IMG/VR virus record: IMGVR_UViG_3300042566_002057
Location: 1-64,000 of that record
Strand: one strand, 5' to 3'
Origin: a virus
Length of the DNA stretch: 64,000 nt
This document shows positions 36,271-46,535 of this stretch, one piece after another (the stretch's first letter is position 1; each line of letters begins with the position of its first letter). The position numbers were made by a program, and so were the translations under genes. The notes under the pieces were generated by a model. That model searched no databases, had not been told where the DNA came from, and saw nothing but the letters and a program-made list of their open reading frames with translations.

Positions 36271-36624
36271 TAAAAACTCAAAAGTTCCAACATAATCAAA
36301 TCTATCACCCCACTCTTTTGGTGATATAAGTGATAGAAACTCCTCACCATTTTCTTTTATATAAAGATGATATGATTTACCAGGTATTGGTTCAAAACTG
36401 TGTTTTGCTAGGTAAAGTCTTTCATTGATATTTATCTCTTCAATTAACTTTTTGTATTCGGATTGTAACTCAGAAAATTTAGAACTGAAATGGTGTTTAA
36501 GTTTAGAAGTTTTTTCTAACTTAAATAATTGTATATCGTCTGGTGAAAATTTTTGAGAACCAATTTCTGTAGGATATGCCTTTAATCTACGATCATCAAC
36601 AAAACTATCCGGTTTTTCTTTCAT
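36238..36624 (-). CDS. DUF2452-like protein
   Basis: YPTEIGS...Y.A..SFEPIPGK.YHLY...FLSLISP.EW pattern. Confidence 0.7.
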   Translation of the reverse strand: MKEKPDSFVDDRRLKAYPTEIGSQKFSPDDIQLFKLEKTSKLKHHFSSKFSELQSEYKKLIEEININERLYLAKHSFEPIPGKSYHLYIKENGEEFLSLISPKEWGDRFDYVGTFEFLSDGRWIQSES

Positions 36625-36668
36625 ATACTTTATATAAAATAGATTAATATTGTTTTATATATAGTTAG

Positions 36669-37121
36669 ATGAAGACCTGCGTTTACAAAATACAATTTGA
36701 TAAAAACTCTTTTGATCTCAATGATGATTATGATAGATTATCTGAAGTAGAGAAAGAAAGAATTTCGGATTTAGATGCTGAAACTTTTTTTGACTATGAA
36801 AAAGATGGAAACTATACTTGTTTTGTAATAACTACTCCAGTCGAAATGAAGAAGTATATTTCAATACTAACTAACAATCTTATTATTTGTGACTGTCAGG
36901 ATATTTCTTCAGATGTTTTAAAATTCAAATTAGATTTAGAAGAAGAGTTAAGAGACCAAATCTCAACTATCAATTCAATAAAATATAGTTTCTTTATAGA
37001 TGATATTTATGAATGGATTGAAAGTAATTTAGATATGGATATGGTTTTAGATAGAATATCAGAAGTCGGTATTGATTCTCTTTCTAAAATTGAAAAAGAT
37101 TTCCTAAATAACTTTCATTAG
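36669..37121 (+). CDS. hypothetical protein
   Basis: 150 aa; C-terminal LDRISEVGIDSLSKIEKDFL. Confidence 0.7.
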   Translation: MKTCVYKIQFDKNSFDLNDDYDRLSEVEKERISDLDAETFFDYEKDGNYTCFVITTPVEMKKYISILTNNLIICDCQDISSDVLKFKLDLEEELRDQISTINSIKYSFFIDDIYEWIESNLDMDMVLDRISEVGIDSLSKIEKDFLNNFH

Positions 37122-37171
37122 GTTTGTTTATTACTTAACTTTTATTTATATTTGCACTATAAACTATCATT

Positions 37172-37342
37172 ATGCAAAAATTTAAAACAAAAATTGTTAA
37201 AAATATTGGTCAATCTATGGCTGATTTTATAATCAAAAGACTTGAATCTACATCGACTCAAGAAGAATTTGATTTCTGGTTTTCAATGGGTACTAAATTA
37301 AATGCCTATTGTGTAGTTTTTCATGACATTTACTTAGACTAA
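37172..37342 (+). CDS. small hypothetical protein (56 aa)
   Basis: ATG downstream of a TATATTTG promoter; stop abuts the next gene. Confidence 0.6.
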   Translation: MQKFKTKIVKNIGQSMADFIIKRLESTSTQEEFDFWFSMGTKLNAYCVVFHDIYLD

Positions 37343-37343
37343 T

Positions 37344-37739
37344 ATGAAAAAATTATTTTTAGACGATATAAGACAACCAAAAGATGCAATCAATCTTGTA
37401 CCATCACATCACAATAGAATGTATTGGGAACAAGATTGGCATGTTGTAAGAAATTACAAAGAGTTTACTAACTGGATATCATTTCATGGTGTACCTGACT
37501 TAATTAGTTTTGACCACGATTTGGCTGATATTCACTATGAAGTAGACTTCTCTGATTGGGAATTTTCTTCTGACCAACTTGGTGTTGAAGAAACTGGACT
37601 TGACTGTGCAAAATGGTTAGTTGATTACTGTGTAGACAATGGATTTGGTTTACCACAATATATCGTTCATTCTGCAAACCCTGCTGGTAAGAAAAATATC
37701 CAAGGATATTTAGATAACGCAACAAAACACTTATTTTAA
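37344..37739 (+). CDS. cyclic-phosphate-processing receiver-like domain protein
   Basis: LFLDDIR.P, ISFDHDL, TG.DCAKWL and HSANP.G motifs. Confidence 0.75.
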   Translation: MKKLFLDDIRQPKDAINLVPSHHNRMYWEQDWHVVRNYKEFTNWISFHGVPDLISFDHDLADIHYEVDFSDWEFSSDQLGVEETGLDCAKWLVDYCVDNGFGLPQYIVHSANPAGKKNIQGYLDNATKHLF

Positions 37740-37740
37740 T

Positions 37741-38046
37741 ATGATTAGTTTTATTGAAAAACATTTAATAACAGCTATCACAAATCAAGTTAAAGAAAAA
37801 TATAAAATTCTAAAATTTAGTGGATTTCTTTATTTTGATGAAACGATACCTGATGGTAAAAAAGAGATTAATAGAGTAAATGAAAGTAATCCTTTTCCTA
37901 AAGAAGAAGTTTTGCCTTTAAGTTGGTACTTTATTAGACCAGCTACTTTGGCTAAAATTTATCTTAAACTCAAATTTAATCAATTTTATATCTATAAAGA
38001 GATAGATGGTAAAAGCCACAAAATGAGAATTAAAAATAGAAAGTGA
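37741..38046 (+). CDS. hypothetical protein
   Basis: 101 aa ORF in an operon. Confidence 0.65.
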   Translation: MISFIEKHLITAITNQVKEKYKILKFSGFLYFDETIPDGKKEINRVNESNPFPKEEVLPLSWYFIRPATLAKIYLKLKFNQFYIYKEIDGKSHKMRIKNRK

Positions 38047-38759
38047 TTTTAGAAAAGGACTTTTCTTGGGCTACTAAACTTAGTTACGACACTGAGTACT
38101 ACTGTGATGAATACGGATGTAATGAAGAACGTATTTGTAGGTGCTCAGTGATTAGTAACGCTCAAGTCACTGGAGTCAGATTTTCGGACTTAAATAAAGA
38201 AATTTTTGACGAGTATCGAGATAACTCTACTATCACTAAAAGAAATAATAAACTAAATTCTTTACTTCATAACATTACCTATAATATAGATTGGTATACA
38301 GTAAATAGAATTCTTGTTGCAAACAAACTTTTTCTACCTCAGTCTTGGAACATAAATATATTCAACGGATACTATGGTCAGGAAATTGGTGAAGTAACAA
38401 TCGAACCAGAGCTATCTAAAAAGATAGACACTGAAATTAATAAGGCTCTTGAAATTTTAGACCTACAAAAAAGAATAGAATATTTACTTACTATCGAATA
38501 TGGTGGTGTTCTTCCAGAACTTAAAAATTGTAAATGGGAAGAGATAGAAATTGATTCAGATAAAATTTATTACGGTAATACTCGTCACAAAGATAATGTT
38601 CTATCAAAAGAACTGGATTATTATTCAGATAGTCAATATAAAGGAATTCGAGGAATTGTTATCAATAAATTTGGAGGTTATCAATTAATAGATGGTTATC
38701 ATAGATGTTTATCAACTAAACTATCTACAGTAAAGGTTTTAAGAGCTTCTAAATATTAA
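38043..38759 (+). CDS. hypothetical protein with ParB/Srx-like C-terminus
   Basis: YQLIDGYHR motif. Confidence 0.6.
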   Translation: MILEKDFSWATKLSYDTEYYCDEYGCNEERICRCSVISNAQVTGVRFSDLNKEIFDEYRDNSTITKRNNKLNSLLHNITYNIDWYTVNRILVANKLFLPQSWNINIFNGYYGQEIGEVTIEPELSKKIDTEINKALEILDLQKRIEYLLTIEYGGVLPELKNCKWEEIEIDSDKIYYGNTRHKDNVLSKELDYYSDSQYKGIRGIVINKFGGYQLIDGYHRCLSTKLSTVKVLRASKY

Positions 38760-40693
38760 AGATTATGCCACTCTTCGGAGTCTAGCTCTTCAAATCTTGT
38801 AGACAACTTAGTTTTGAGTTCATGAATAGATTTTCTATATTCTTCATCATCATCAAATTTCATTCTAGTTTGACCCTCAACTTTTATTATATCGTCTAGT
38901 TGTTTGATTTTAGTTTCTAACTTATTGAGAACATTCTCTAATACTTCATCCACATTTTTATTGTATTGTATAATATCAATCACTCTTGAGTTATCCATAT
39001 TTATCTCATAATCTAAAGCAATTGCATCTTCTTCTAATAACCATTCTACTCCATAGATATCTGGTGAGTCAGATGATTTAGGCTCACCTACTTTATAAAT
39101 TGTTCTTTCTAAAATCTTAGGGATATACTTATCTTCATAGTCTTTTGTAAGAAGGTCTTTTTGTATGTACTCATAATCATCCCAGTCAGAATATTTATCA
39201 CATAGTTTTTCATACCATAACATATTTCTCATTTCTCTGAGTTTGATTATGTCTCTATCATTCATATAACACCAGTTTCCTTCTGAATTTTCAACATCAC
39301 CATCTGTATAGATTTCAGTAATTGTTTTTACTGCTCTTTCATCCCAAATCCAATTTCCATAAATATCTGAATAAACAGCATCATCAACGTGAACATATTC
39401 ATCTGAATGCTCATCATAAACGATATCATCGTCATCTTGATGGTACCAACCTCTTCTTCTACTTGAACCGACATCAATTCTAACTGCATAATCTCTTAAC
39501 AAATGGTCGCCATATGCGTCTGAATAAACAGCTTCATCTTCTGGTATCATTCTATCATGCCATTCAGACCAAACACCACCTTCAACTTCACTATACCCAC
39601 CACCAGTATCTTCTAATATGTAACAACCTTCTTGGTCACTTTCTTGATTATCATCATTATAAAGTTTACCTATTCTTGGGTCATATCTTCTAAAAGTGTC
39701 CATATAAGGATATCTTTGATAGTCATAGTCACCTCCGAATCTATCAACTTGAACATCCATATCAACATTTATTTCATTTCCGTTATAAGTTATATTAGTA
39801 AAACTATGGTGATTATTATTTGTTTTGTAAATCCATCCTTGTTCTTTTGCAAAGTTTCTAAATTTATTAACATCTGAATCTTTAATAGTATATTGTCTAT
39901 CCATAAAATATTCAACACCTTCAAATTTTTCACCAATTCCACTATGAATTGATTTAAATTTCCAAATTAAGGCTCTTCCTAAAATTTTATCATCTTCTCT
40001 GAGAATTAATAATCTACAAACATCTGGATTTTTAACATAGATATTAAAGATGTTTCTTTTTTGAGCCATGCAAGAATTACCAAGTGTTCCACTTTTTTCT
40101 TTATAATTATCAGAGTTATACCAAAATGCGATATCATCTCCAGATACTAACTCAAAGTGTTCTCCAGATTTTTCTACAGCTGCCTTAAATGAGTTTACGA
40201 ATTCCTCGACTTGTTTAGAATTATATTTACCAGGAAATACTTTATTAACTAATCTACCTATAGCAATTTGATTTCTTCCTTTAACATATGGATCTACACC
40301 ATCATCAAAGTTACCCATTCCTCTAAGAGAACTTTTTAGATTACCATATTCTTTATTATGAATATACCAAATATCATCAGCTAAATCTTTGTTGGGTTTT
40401 TGGTCTAAGTCAATACCATTAATGTATAAATCTTTAAGATCCGGAAACTTTTCATCTAATATCTTTTTAACATTTCGCATTGTAGAGAATGAAAGAAATC
40501 CTTCTTTATCTAAATCAATAAAAGTAATATCTGGTTTTATATCAGTTGATTCTATACCTAATAAATCATCACTAATATCATCAGAAACTTTATTTAATTG
40601 TTTTCTTAAAGCGGGTGAAAAGTAAATCATCGATTCATTAATTAGACTTTCTAATAACAAATCTTCAACAAATGAATTATATCTATATAACAT
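38756..40693 (-). CDS. hypothetical phage protein (GNSCM / GRALIW / MDRQY / PYMDT motifs)
   Basis: 645 aa; acidic repeats; upstream AATATATA. Confidence 0.75.
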   Translation of the reverse strand: MLYRYNSFVEDLLLESLINESMIYFSPALRKQLNKVSDDISDDLLGIESTDIKPDITFIDLDKEGFLSFSTMRNVKKILDEKFPDLKDLYINGIDLDQKPNKDLADDIWYIHNKEYGNLKSSLRGMGNFDDGVDPYVKGRNQIAIGRLVNKVFPGKYNSKQVEEFVNSFKAAVEKSGEHFELVSGDDIAFWYNSDNYKEKSGTLGNSCMAQKRNIFNIYVKNPDVCRLLILREDDKILGRALIWKFKSIHSGIGEKFEGVEYFMDRQYTIKDSDVNKFRNFAKEQGWIYKTNNNHHSFTNITYNGNEINVDMDVQVDRFGGDYDYQRYPYMDTFRRYDPRIGKLYNDDNQESDQEGCYILEDTGGGYSEVEGGVWSEWHDRMIPEDEAVYSDAYGDHLLRDYAVRIDVGSSRRRGWYHQDDDDIVYDEHSDEYVHVDDAVYSDIYGNWIWDERAVKTITEIYTDGDVENSEGNWCYMNDRDIIKLREMRNMLWYEKLCDKYSDWDDYEYIQKDLLTKDYEDKYIPKILERTIYKVGEPKSSDSPDIYGVEWLLEEDAIALDYEINMDNSRVIDIIQYNKNVDEVLENVLNKLETKIKQLDDIIKVEGQTRMKFDDDEEYRKSIHELKTKLSTRFEELDSEEWHNL

Positions 40694-40729
40694 GTAATAT
40701 ATATTAAAATTATTTTTTATATTTGTAAT

Positions 40730-41206
40730 ATGAATTTACCAGAACCATTTGTTATACTACTTATAGGTCCCCCACTTTCAGGTAAGACTACCTGGATACG
40801 TGAAAATTTTCCAACAACTGATGTTATTTCGCGTGACGAAATTGTAATGGAAGTTTATGGGTCTAAAAACTACACCGAAGCATTTGGTAGTGTTGATCAA
40901 AAAGAAGTCGATAGAATTCTTAATCAAAGATTTTTAGATTTTTCAACTGAAAAAAGAAATGTGATAGTTGATATGACTAACATGACTATTAAAAGAAGAA
41001 GAGCCACTCTTAATTACTTCTCAAATGATTACTATAAAATGGCTGTAATCTTTCCTATACTTTCAGATGATGAGTATGGAAGAAGAAATCTTAAAAGAAT
41101 TAAAGAAGAAAATAAAGATTTACCAATGCATGTTATAAAAAATATGATATCTTCTTACAATCCTATCTCACCAGACGAAGGATTTGATAAAGTAATTTCT
41201 TTATAA
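40730..41206 (+). CDS. P-loop kinase (AAA_33 / polynucleotide kinase-like)
   Basis: GPPLSGKT, SRD, IVDMTN...RR and EGFD motifs. Confidence 0.85.
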   Translation: MNLPEPFVILLIGPPLSGKTTWIRENFPTTDVISRDEIVMEVYGSKNYTEAFGSVDQKEVDRILNQRFLDFSTEKRNVIVDMTNMTIKRRRATLNYFSNDYYKMAVIFPILSDDEYGRRNLKRIKEENKDLPMHVIKNMISSYNPISPDEGFDKVISL

Positions 41207-41279
41207 ATTTTAATAGAACCTTTGTAAAATTTGGTTTTTAGAGGTTTTGTGCTTATATTTGTTATAAATCAAAATATAT

Positions 41280-41636
41280 ATGACTTCATCTAATTCTAAA
41301 TACGTCTTAAATCTTAATGATTTAGTTATCAAAGAAAAAGAAGTAGTATCAGATTGGGAAGAACTGATTTGTGAGGATGAAGATGAGTATTTTACTCGAG
41401 ACGACCAATATATTCTATTTGATATGAATGGAATAGAAGTCTCTGTGAATTTTGAGTTGACTGTTCGTGGAAGAGTTTACTCAGATCCAGGTGACTATTG
41501 GACACCACCGAGTTGTGATGTTGATATTGTGAGTGTTGAAGTTGATGTGACTGATTTGTTTATTGACGACTATGATGTTTTATTAGATAGAGAGTTAACA
41601 AAAACAATGGAGTCATTAGTTAAAAAATATTTATAA
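41280..41636 (+). CDS. hypothetical acidic protein
   Basis: 118 aa; DPGDYWTPP. Confidence 0.7.
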   Translation: MTSSNSKYVLNLNDLVIKEKEVVSDWEELICEDEDEYFTRDDQYILFDMNGIEVSVNFELTVRGRVYSDPGDYWTPPSCDVDIVSVEVDVTDLFIDDYDVLLDRELTKTMESLVKKYL

Positions 41637-41639
41637 ACT

Positions 41640-41960
41640 ATGGACAAAGTTTATTTTAATAAAGACTACTACGGTAGTTGGTGGTTAAAATCACTTGAAG
41701 ATTTTTATTCATTTGACTGTGTTAATATAACTACAAATGAAATATCAAATCATATACTTTCTTGGACTCGTAATATCGACGTTTCTATTTATGATGAAGA
41801 AGTAATTAGAGTCTATGATATTGAAGTAGATAAAGAGAAATATTACTTTTTAGTAATTCCTAAAAATAATGCTTTTATTCTTAAAGCTAAAAATCCACTT
41901 GAATTAGAAAGATTAGTAAATAACAATAATCTAATATTAGTAGGTACTACTTTAGATTAA
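41640..41960 (+). CDS. hypothetical protein
   Basis: 106 aa ORF. Confidence 0.6.
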   Translation: MDKVYFNKDYYGSWWLKSLEDFYSFDCVNITTNEISNHILSWTRNIDVSIYDEEVIRVYDIEVDKEKYYFLVIPKNNAFILKAKNPLELERLVNNNNLILVGTTLD

Positions 41961-41981
41961 TCTAATTTTATATATAGTCAT

Positions 41982-42842
41982 ATGAGAGTAAGAAAACTCG
42001 GAGACTATAAACCGAAAGTGCTAATATTTCAAGGTTCACCAAGAGACGAAGATACTTGTTCAGATATGGATTCTAAAACCCATAAAGTAGTAAAGTATAT
42101 AAAGTCAAAATGGTCACCTTTCGTTAGTTTTCATGAAATAGACTTAGCTGTCAATCAAAGTAAAAGACCAATAATTCAACCATGTAAGGGTTGTATATCT
42201 ACATCTGGTGGATTTCATTGTCACTTTGCTTGTTCTTGTTATTCTAAAGGTGATAAACAAAAGAAAGATTTATTAGCAGAAGCTGATGTTTATCAATTAT
42301 TACAGGATTGTGATGCATTTATAATTGTTTCACCAATACACTGGCATTCTCTTACATCACAAGTAAAATTACTTTTTGATAGACTGGTGTGTATAAATCA
42401 AACTTTAACTGTTGATGATGCAAAGAAATTAATGGGTGATGGAAATATCAAAAACTCAGAAATTACTGGTAAGTTTTCTAAGTCTGGTAAATATGATCAT
42501 ATGTTGAGAAATCACTTAGAAGGAAAAGTTGCTGCTTTTTACGTACACGGTGATGATGGTGCTGATGATTATGAGGGTAAAGAACTTCCAGAATCATATC
42601 AAGATGTTTTTGATGATGGATTTGGTAAAAATCCTAAAAATGTTGTAATGCCATTTGTAATGCAACTTAAATACTCTGGTGTATTTGTACCTGATGAATT
42701 AATTGAAGCTTTTTATATAAATAAAGGTGTCAATTATTATGTGGCTAATCAAAAATTTAATAAAGAAAAAGAATTTTTTGATAAAGCTGATACACTTATA
42801 GATAATCTATTGAACTATTTAGACGAAAAATCTAATATATAA
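41982..42842 (+). CDS. flavodoxin-like iron-sulfur flavoprotein / NAD(P)H-dependent FMN reductase
   Basis: QGSPR, PCKGC...CHFACSC and SPIHW...K.LFDRL motifs. Confidence 0.85.
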   Translation: MRVRKLGDYKPKVLIFQGSPRDEDTCSDMDSKTHKVVKYIKSKWSPFVSFHEIDLAVNQSKRPIIQPCKGCISTSGGFHCHFACSCYSKGDKQKKDLLAEADVYQLLQDCDAFIIVSPIHWHSLTSQVKLLFDRLVCINQTLTVDDAKKLMGDGNIKNSEITGKFSKSGKYDHMLRNHLEGKVAAFYVHGDDGADDYEGKELPESYQDVFDDGFGKNPKNVVMPFVMQLKYSGVFVPDELIEAFYINKGVNYYVANQKFNKEKEFFDKADTLIDNLLNYLDEKSNI

Positions 42843-42845
42843 GAT

Positions 42846-43352
42846 ATGTATATTAAAAGATTCAATGAAATGGTCGGTTTTGATGATGAAGAAACCAGAG
42901 ATAGATTAGAGATACCTAATCTCAGAGGTGAACTTGAGCCATCAAGTGTTTCCATGAAACCTTACTCTAAACCTTTTGAGTCAGAAACAACAGAGACTTT
43001 TGTTAAAAAACTATTATATAGATACCCTGTTTTAGACAGATTTCATGGAAATATTCAGAAAATTGATTCAACCGAAGTTTATAATTTTTACGCAACGAGC
43101 TTAGAACCCAAAGACGGAATGGAATTTTATACTCAATTATCATTAGCCTTTAATAAAGGTGACTACTATTGCTTAGCGGTATTAAGAGGACTAGAAGATT
43201 TTGATGATGAAGATAAATGGTATAAAAAAGACATTACTGTAGAAAATGTCGATGATACATTTGAGTTTGTAGATGCTTTTCTAAAAGCTTGTAAAGGTCT
43301 ACATATAGTTGCTAAATCTCATTTAGAGGAAGATAGATTTAGAAATAACTAA
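42846..43352 (+). CDS. hypothetical protein (MYIKRFNE motif)
   Basis: 168 aa; upstream AATATATA. Confidence 0.7.
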   Translation: MYIKRFNEMVGFDDEETRDRLEIPNLRGELEPSSVSMKPYSKPFESETTETFVKKLLYRYPVLDRFHGNIQKIDSTEVYNFYATSLEPKDGMEFYTQLSLAFNKGDYYCLAVLRGLEDFDDEDKWYKKDITVENVDDTFEFVDAFLKACKGLHIVAKSHLEEDRFRNN

Positions 43353-43455
43353 TCTTTTTTAATTTTTTTTTATTATTTTTTTGGTCAATTAAAACTTTCG
43401 CTTTATATTTGTATAAATAAAGTCGGTAACGATTTTACGTTCATTGAAATATTAA

Positions 43456-43543
43456 GGGGAAGTTCCAGAGAGGCAAATGGGGTTTCAGTTGGTGCTGAAA
43501 TTGGTCTTAAGATCTTCGTAGGTTCGAGTCCTATCCTTCCCCA
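43456..43543 (+). tRNA. class II tRNA-like gene with aberrant anticodon loop
   Basis: GGGGAAG/CTTCCCC acceptor; TTTCA-GTTGGTGC-TGAAA; variable hairpin; canonical T-arm. Confidence 0.6.
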
Positions 43544-43554
43544 CAAAAAGTAAA

Positions 43555-43710
43555 TTTTTTTACAAAAGATTTGGTAGATTAAAAAAAAGTCATTATCTTT
43601 GTAAAACGAAATTGAGATAGGCAACGATTCAGATACAAGTCTCAATTTTTTTTACAAAAGATTTGGTAGAATAAAATAAAATATCTATCTTTGTAAAACA
43701 AAATTGAAAA
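43555..43710 (+). promoter_or_regulatory. tandem duplicated Bacteroidota-type promoters
   Basis: TTTTTACAAAAGATTTGGTAGA...TATCTTTGTAAAAC.AAATTGA occurs twice. Confidence 0.8.
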
Positions 43711-43731
43711 AAGAAATATAAAAATACACAT

Positions 43732-43804
<73 letters not shown>

Positions 43805-43839
43805 CTAAAGAAAAACGTTCTTTGATTTATTGATTTTAC

Positions 43840-44715
43840 AGATTCTTTGACTTCGGTCATTGATGAATGTAACGGCCGCTTATGGTCGATAAATAAACCT
43901 CGAAAGGGGGATAAAGTGGATACAAAAGCTAATTGTATCTGCGTCTTGAGAGTTCTTCGGAACAATTGAGGTCGAGTAAGCAAGTGGGGCACCACAAGTT
44001 CTGAGTAGTCGAGGGTAACACTGTAGACCAAATGAGTTTGTGACTGGGCAATTGTAGATTGTTCAGTTGACTTCGGAAGAGGAATAGGAATAACCCATAG
44101 GAATTTTGTAAGAAATAAAGACTCACCGGTTTTTACTATTGCGAGTTCCAACTCAAAAGGTGTCTTAAAGTTGAAAGACAATCAGTCGTACAGGTGGTGC
44201 TGTTGACTGACACTAATCTCTCTACCAAGAGAGTAGATAAACCGAAAGGTAAGTCGTGGTGAAGATATCTTGAAGAGTTGTGATGGAGGCATCACACGGA
44301 GTAGTCCAGTATTCTTGAGACCAAAAGTTTTGAGAGCTGAGAGGTGACCACTACTTCGACATATCTACTAGCACTAAATTTCTAACTGTTAATTGGAAAC
44401 ATTTAAAAAATAAGAAATCGAAAGTGTTACCTAGTTACTGATGAAAGGTACCTACTTAGTCGTGAGTGTTCACGGCCACTGAAGCTCGAAAGGCTGACGT
44501 GATTTCATCGAAAAACTTATAGAGGGTCGAACCTCGAATCAGCTCGCAAGGTTGAATAAGCGGATTAAATGGAGAGTAAACAGTAACTCAAGAAGTGGTT
44601 AGTCTAACTAACCGGTACTGACAGAATACTACTCAAAAGGTAGTGGATAAGAAGGGAAACAATAATCCAACTAAAGTTCTGTCGCCATAGGATGTAATCT
44701 CAGTCCTTTTTTTTT
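43840..44715 (+). ncRNA. large structured ncRNA, probably GOLLD-like
   Basis: About 870 nt without a plausible + strand ORF; GC-richer; many GNRA/TTCG hairpins; flanked by tRNAs; ends GGATGTAATCTCAGTCC + T9. Family assignment is from memory only. Confidence 0.65.
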
Positions 44716-44719
44716 ATAT

Positions 44720-44793
44720 GGTCGGTTCGTCTAGCGGTTTAGGACGATAATCTTTTCAGATTAGAAACAGAGGTTCGAATCCTCTACCGACTA
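44720..44793 (+). tRNA. tRNA-Glu-like with 8-nt anticodon loop
   Basis: Glu-type body; ATAAT-CTTTTCAG-ATTAG. Confidence 0.65.
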
Positions 44794-44877
44794 CGAGTTT
44801 TCGTAGTGGTTAACTTATCCTCTAAACAGAGGGGTCTGTCTCAGAGACAGGGTGGATACCCAACTCCACACTAATAT

Positions 44878-44984
44878 GGCCCGTTCGTCTACTGGACCCG
44901 TAAGGGAAACTGAAACTAAGGTGGAAGTTTAGGATGTCCAATTTTTCGATTGGAAGACAGAGTGTTCGAATCCTCTACGGGCTA
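44878..44984 (+). tRNA. tRNA-Glu-like with D-loop insertion and 8-nt anticodon loop
   Basis: GGCCCGT/ACGGGCT acceptor; TCCAA-TTTTTCGA-TTGGA; ~33-nt D-loop insert. Confidence 0.6.
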
Positions 44985-45008
44985 CAAATAAAAACCCAGA
45001 CGTGTACT

Positions 45009-45030
45009 CCCATCTTCGGATGGGTTTTTT
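45009..45030 (+). terminator. intrinsic terminator
   Basis: CCCATC-TTCG-GATGGG-TTTTTT. Confidence 0.85.
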
Positions 45031-45063
45031 ATGCTTTTTTTGATAATTGTGTAATATTATAAC

Positions 45064-45549
45064 TTGATGAATATAGAAATCGAAAGAAAATTTTTACTTA
45101 AATCAATGCCAGATGTTAAACCAACTGAAGTAATTAAAATTGAACAATGGTATTTTAAAAATAACGAAGGCATCTGGGAAAGAGCTCGATACTGCAACTC
45201 GAATATTAAAGGCAAGTATTATATACACACCATCAAAACAACAATCTCAAAAGGCGTAAATATGGAAGATGAACATCCTCTAACAAAAGAGGAGTTTAAC
45301 CTATTTGTTGAGAATTGTAAAAAAGATGGAGTAGAATCTAGAAGTATATCTAAAAAAAGATGTATCTATCCACAAGGTAAATTAAAATGGGAAGTTGATA
45401 AATTTGAAGGTCACCTAATTATTGCTGAAATTGAAATTCCGGAACAAGACTATGAAGTTGTAATTCCTGAACATATCAAAAAAAGAGTCATAATTGAAGT
45501 GACTGGAATAAAACAATTTAGTAACAAAAACCTTTCTAACAAAATCTAA
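45064..45549 (+). CDS. CYTH domain protein
   Basis: EIERKFL, WEVD and IAEIE motifs. Confidence 0.9.
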   Translation: MMNIEIERKFLLKSMPDVKPTEVIKIEQWYFKNNEGIWERARYCNSNIKGKYYIHTIKTTISKGVNMEDEHPLTKEEFNLFVENCKKDGVESRSISKKRCIYPQGKLKWEVDKFEGHLIIAEIEIPEQDYEVVIPEHIKKRVIIEVTGIKQFSNKNLSNKI

Positions 45550-45559
45550 TATAAATTCT

Positions 45560-46135
45560 ATGAAAAATTTAGAACTTAGAATGTATGGTTTAGTGCCATA
45601 TAATATCTCACCGATTCAACAAGCTATACAATTTGGACACGCAGTTGTTGAATATGGTCAAAAAGTAAAAGGACATGGATTTGAATTGGCTTCGGTTACA
45701 TACAATGATTGGGCTGATAACTGGAAAACATTTATCATCTTAAATGGTGGAACTACAAATCACAAAACTTCTTTGGAAGATGGATTACCGTTTGGTACTC
45801 TAAATAATCACTTACTTACTTTAATGGATAATGGTATTGACTTTGCTCAATTTAATGAACCAGACTTAGGTGATCAATTAACAGCAGTTGTATTTATTGT
45901 TGATGAAAGAGTTTTCAATCGTAAAAAGTATCCGGACTTTGAGGATTGGGTAATTGAAAACTATGGTGAATTAATAAGATCTGACTATTATACAACATCT
46001 TATATGTTAGCTCAAAGAATTAAAAACTCTGAAAGTAAAAGTGACCAAAAAGTTTATCAATCCTGGATTAAATTTATTGGTGGTGAAAAGAATGTTTTCT
46101 TGAGAGACTTTCTAAAAAACTTTAAACTAGCATGA
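45560..46135 (+). CDS. peptidyl-tRNA hydrolase II-like protein
   Basis: QQAIQFGHAVVEY...W...IILNGG...FNEPDLGDQLTAV. Confidence 0.7.
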   Translation: MKNLELRMYGLVPYNISPIQQAIQFGHAVVEYGQKVKGHGFELASVTYNDWADNWKTFIILNGGTTNHKTSLEDGLPFGTLNNHLLTLMDNGIDFAQFNEPDLGDQLTAVVFIVDERVFNRKKYPDFEDWVIENYGELIRSDYYTTSYMLAQRIKNSESKSDQKVYQSWIKFIGGEKNVFLRDFLKNFKLA

Positions 46136-46512
46136 TAGATAGTTGGATGAAAATAGACGATTCTTACTTTGATGTGAATATCATTAGTACTCAGTTAAGT
46201 ATTGGATCACATGCTAATCTAAATATAAGTCTAAACACTATAAAAAATCCAGACTGTTATGGTTTTTTTACCAACTGGTTTGATAGTTCTTCTATAAGAA
46301 CTGGATATGCTAGTCAATATAAAAAAGATATATCATGTAAAAACTTTGACTCAAAAGGTTGTTTTATTAAAGCAATTGATTTTGATCCAAACACAAACAC
46401 TTTGAGTGTTGATGTTTCTTGTGATTATTTACAAACAGCAAATGTATCTGAAAGAAGAGATTCTAAAATCGATGAACTGTTAAACGAAACTTATAACAAA
46501 AAAACAATATAA
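46132..46512 (+). CDS. hypothetical protein
   Basis: 126 aa; C-terminal RRDSKIDELL. Confidence 0.65.
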   Translation: MIDSWMKIDDSYFDVNIISTQLSIGSHANLNISLNTIKNPDCYGFFTNWFDSSSIRTGYASQYKKDISCKNFDSKGCFIKAIDFDPNTNTLSVDVSCDYLQTANVSERRDSKIDELLNETYNKKTI

Positions 46513-46535
46513 ATTAAAATCTAAAATAAAGTTCT

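Noticed and set aside
43555-43710. Direct repeats as a CRISPR array
   Set aside because: Only two imperfect copies that match the promoter consensus; no cas genes.
43840-44715. rRNA fragment or group I/II intron
   Set aside because: No recognisable 16S/23S conserved motifs, no interrupted gene and no intron core motifs seen by eye.
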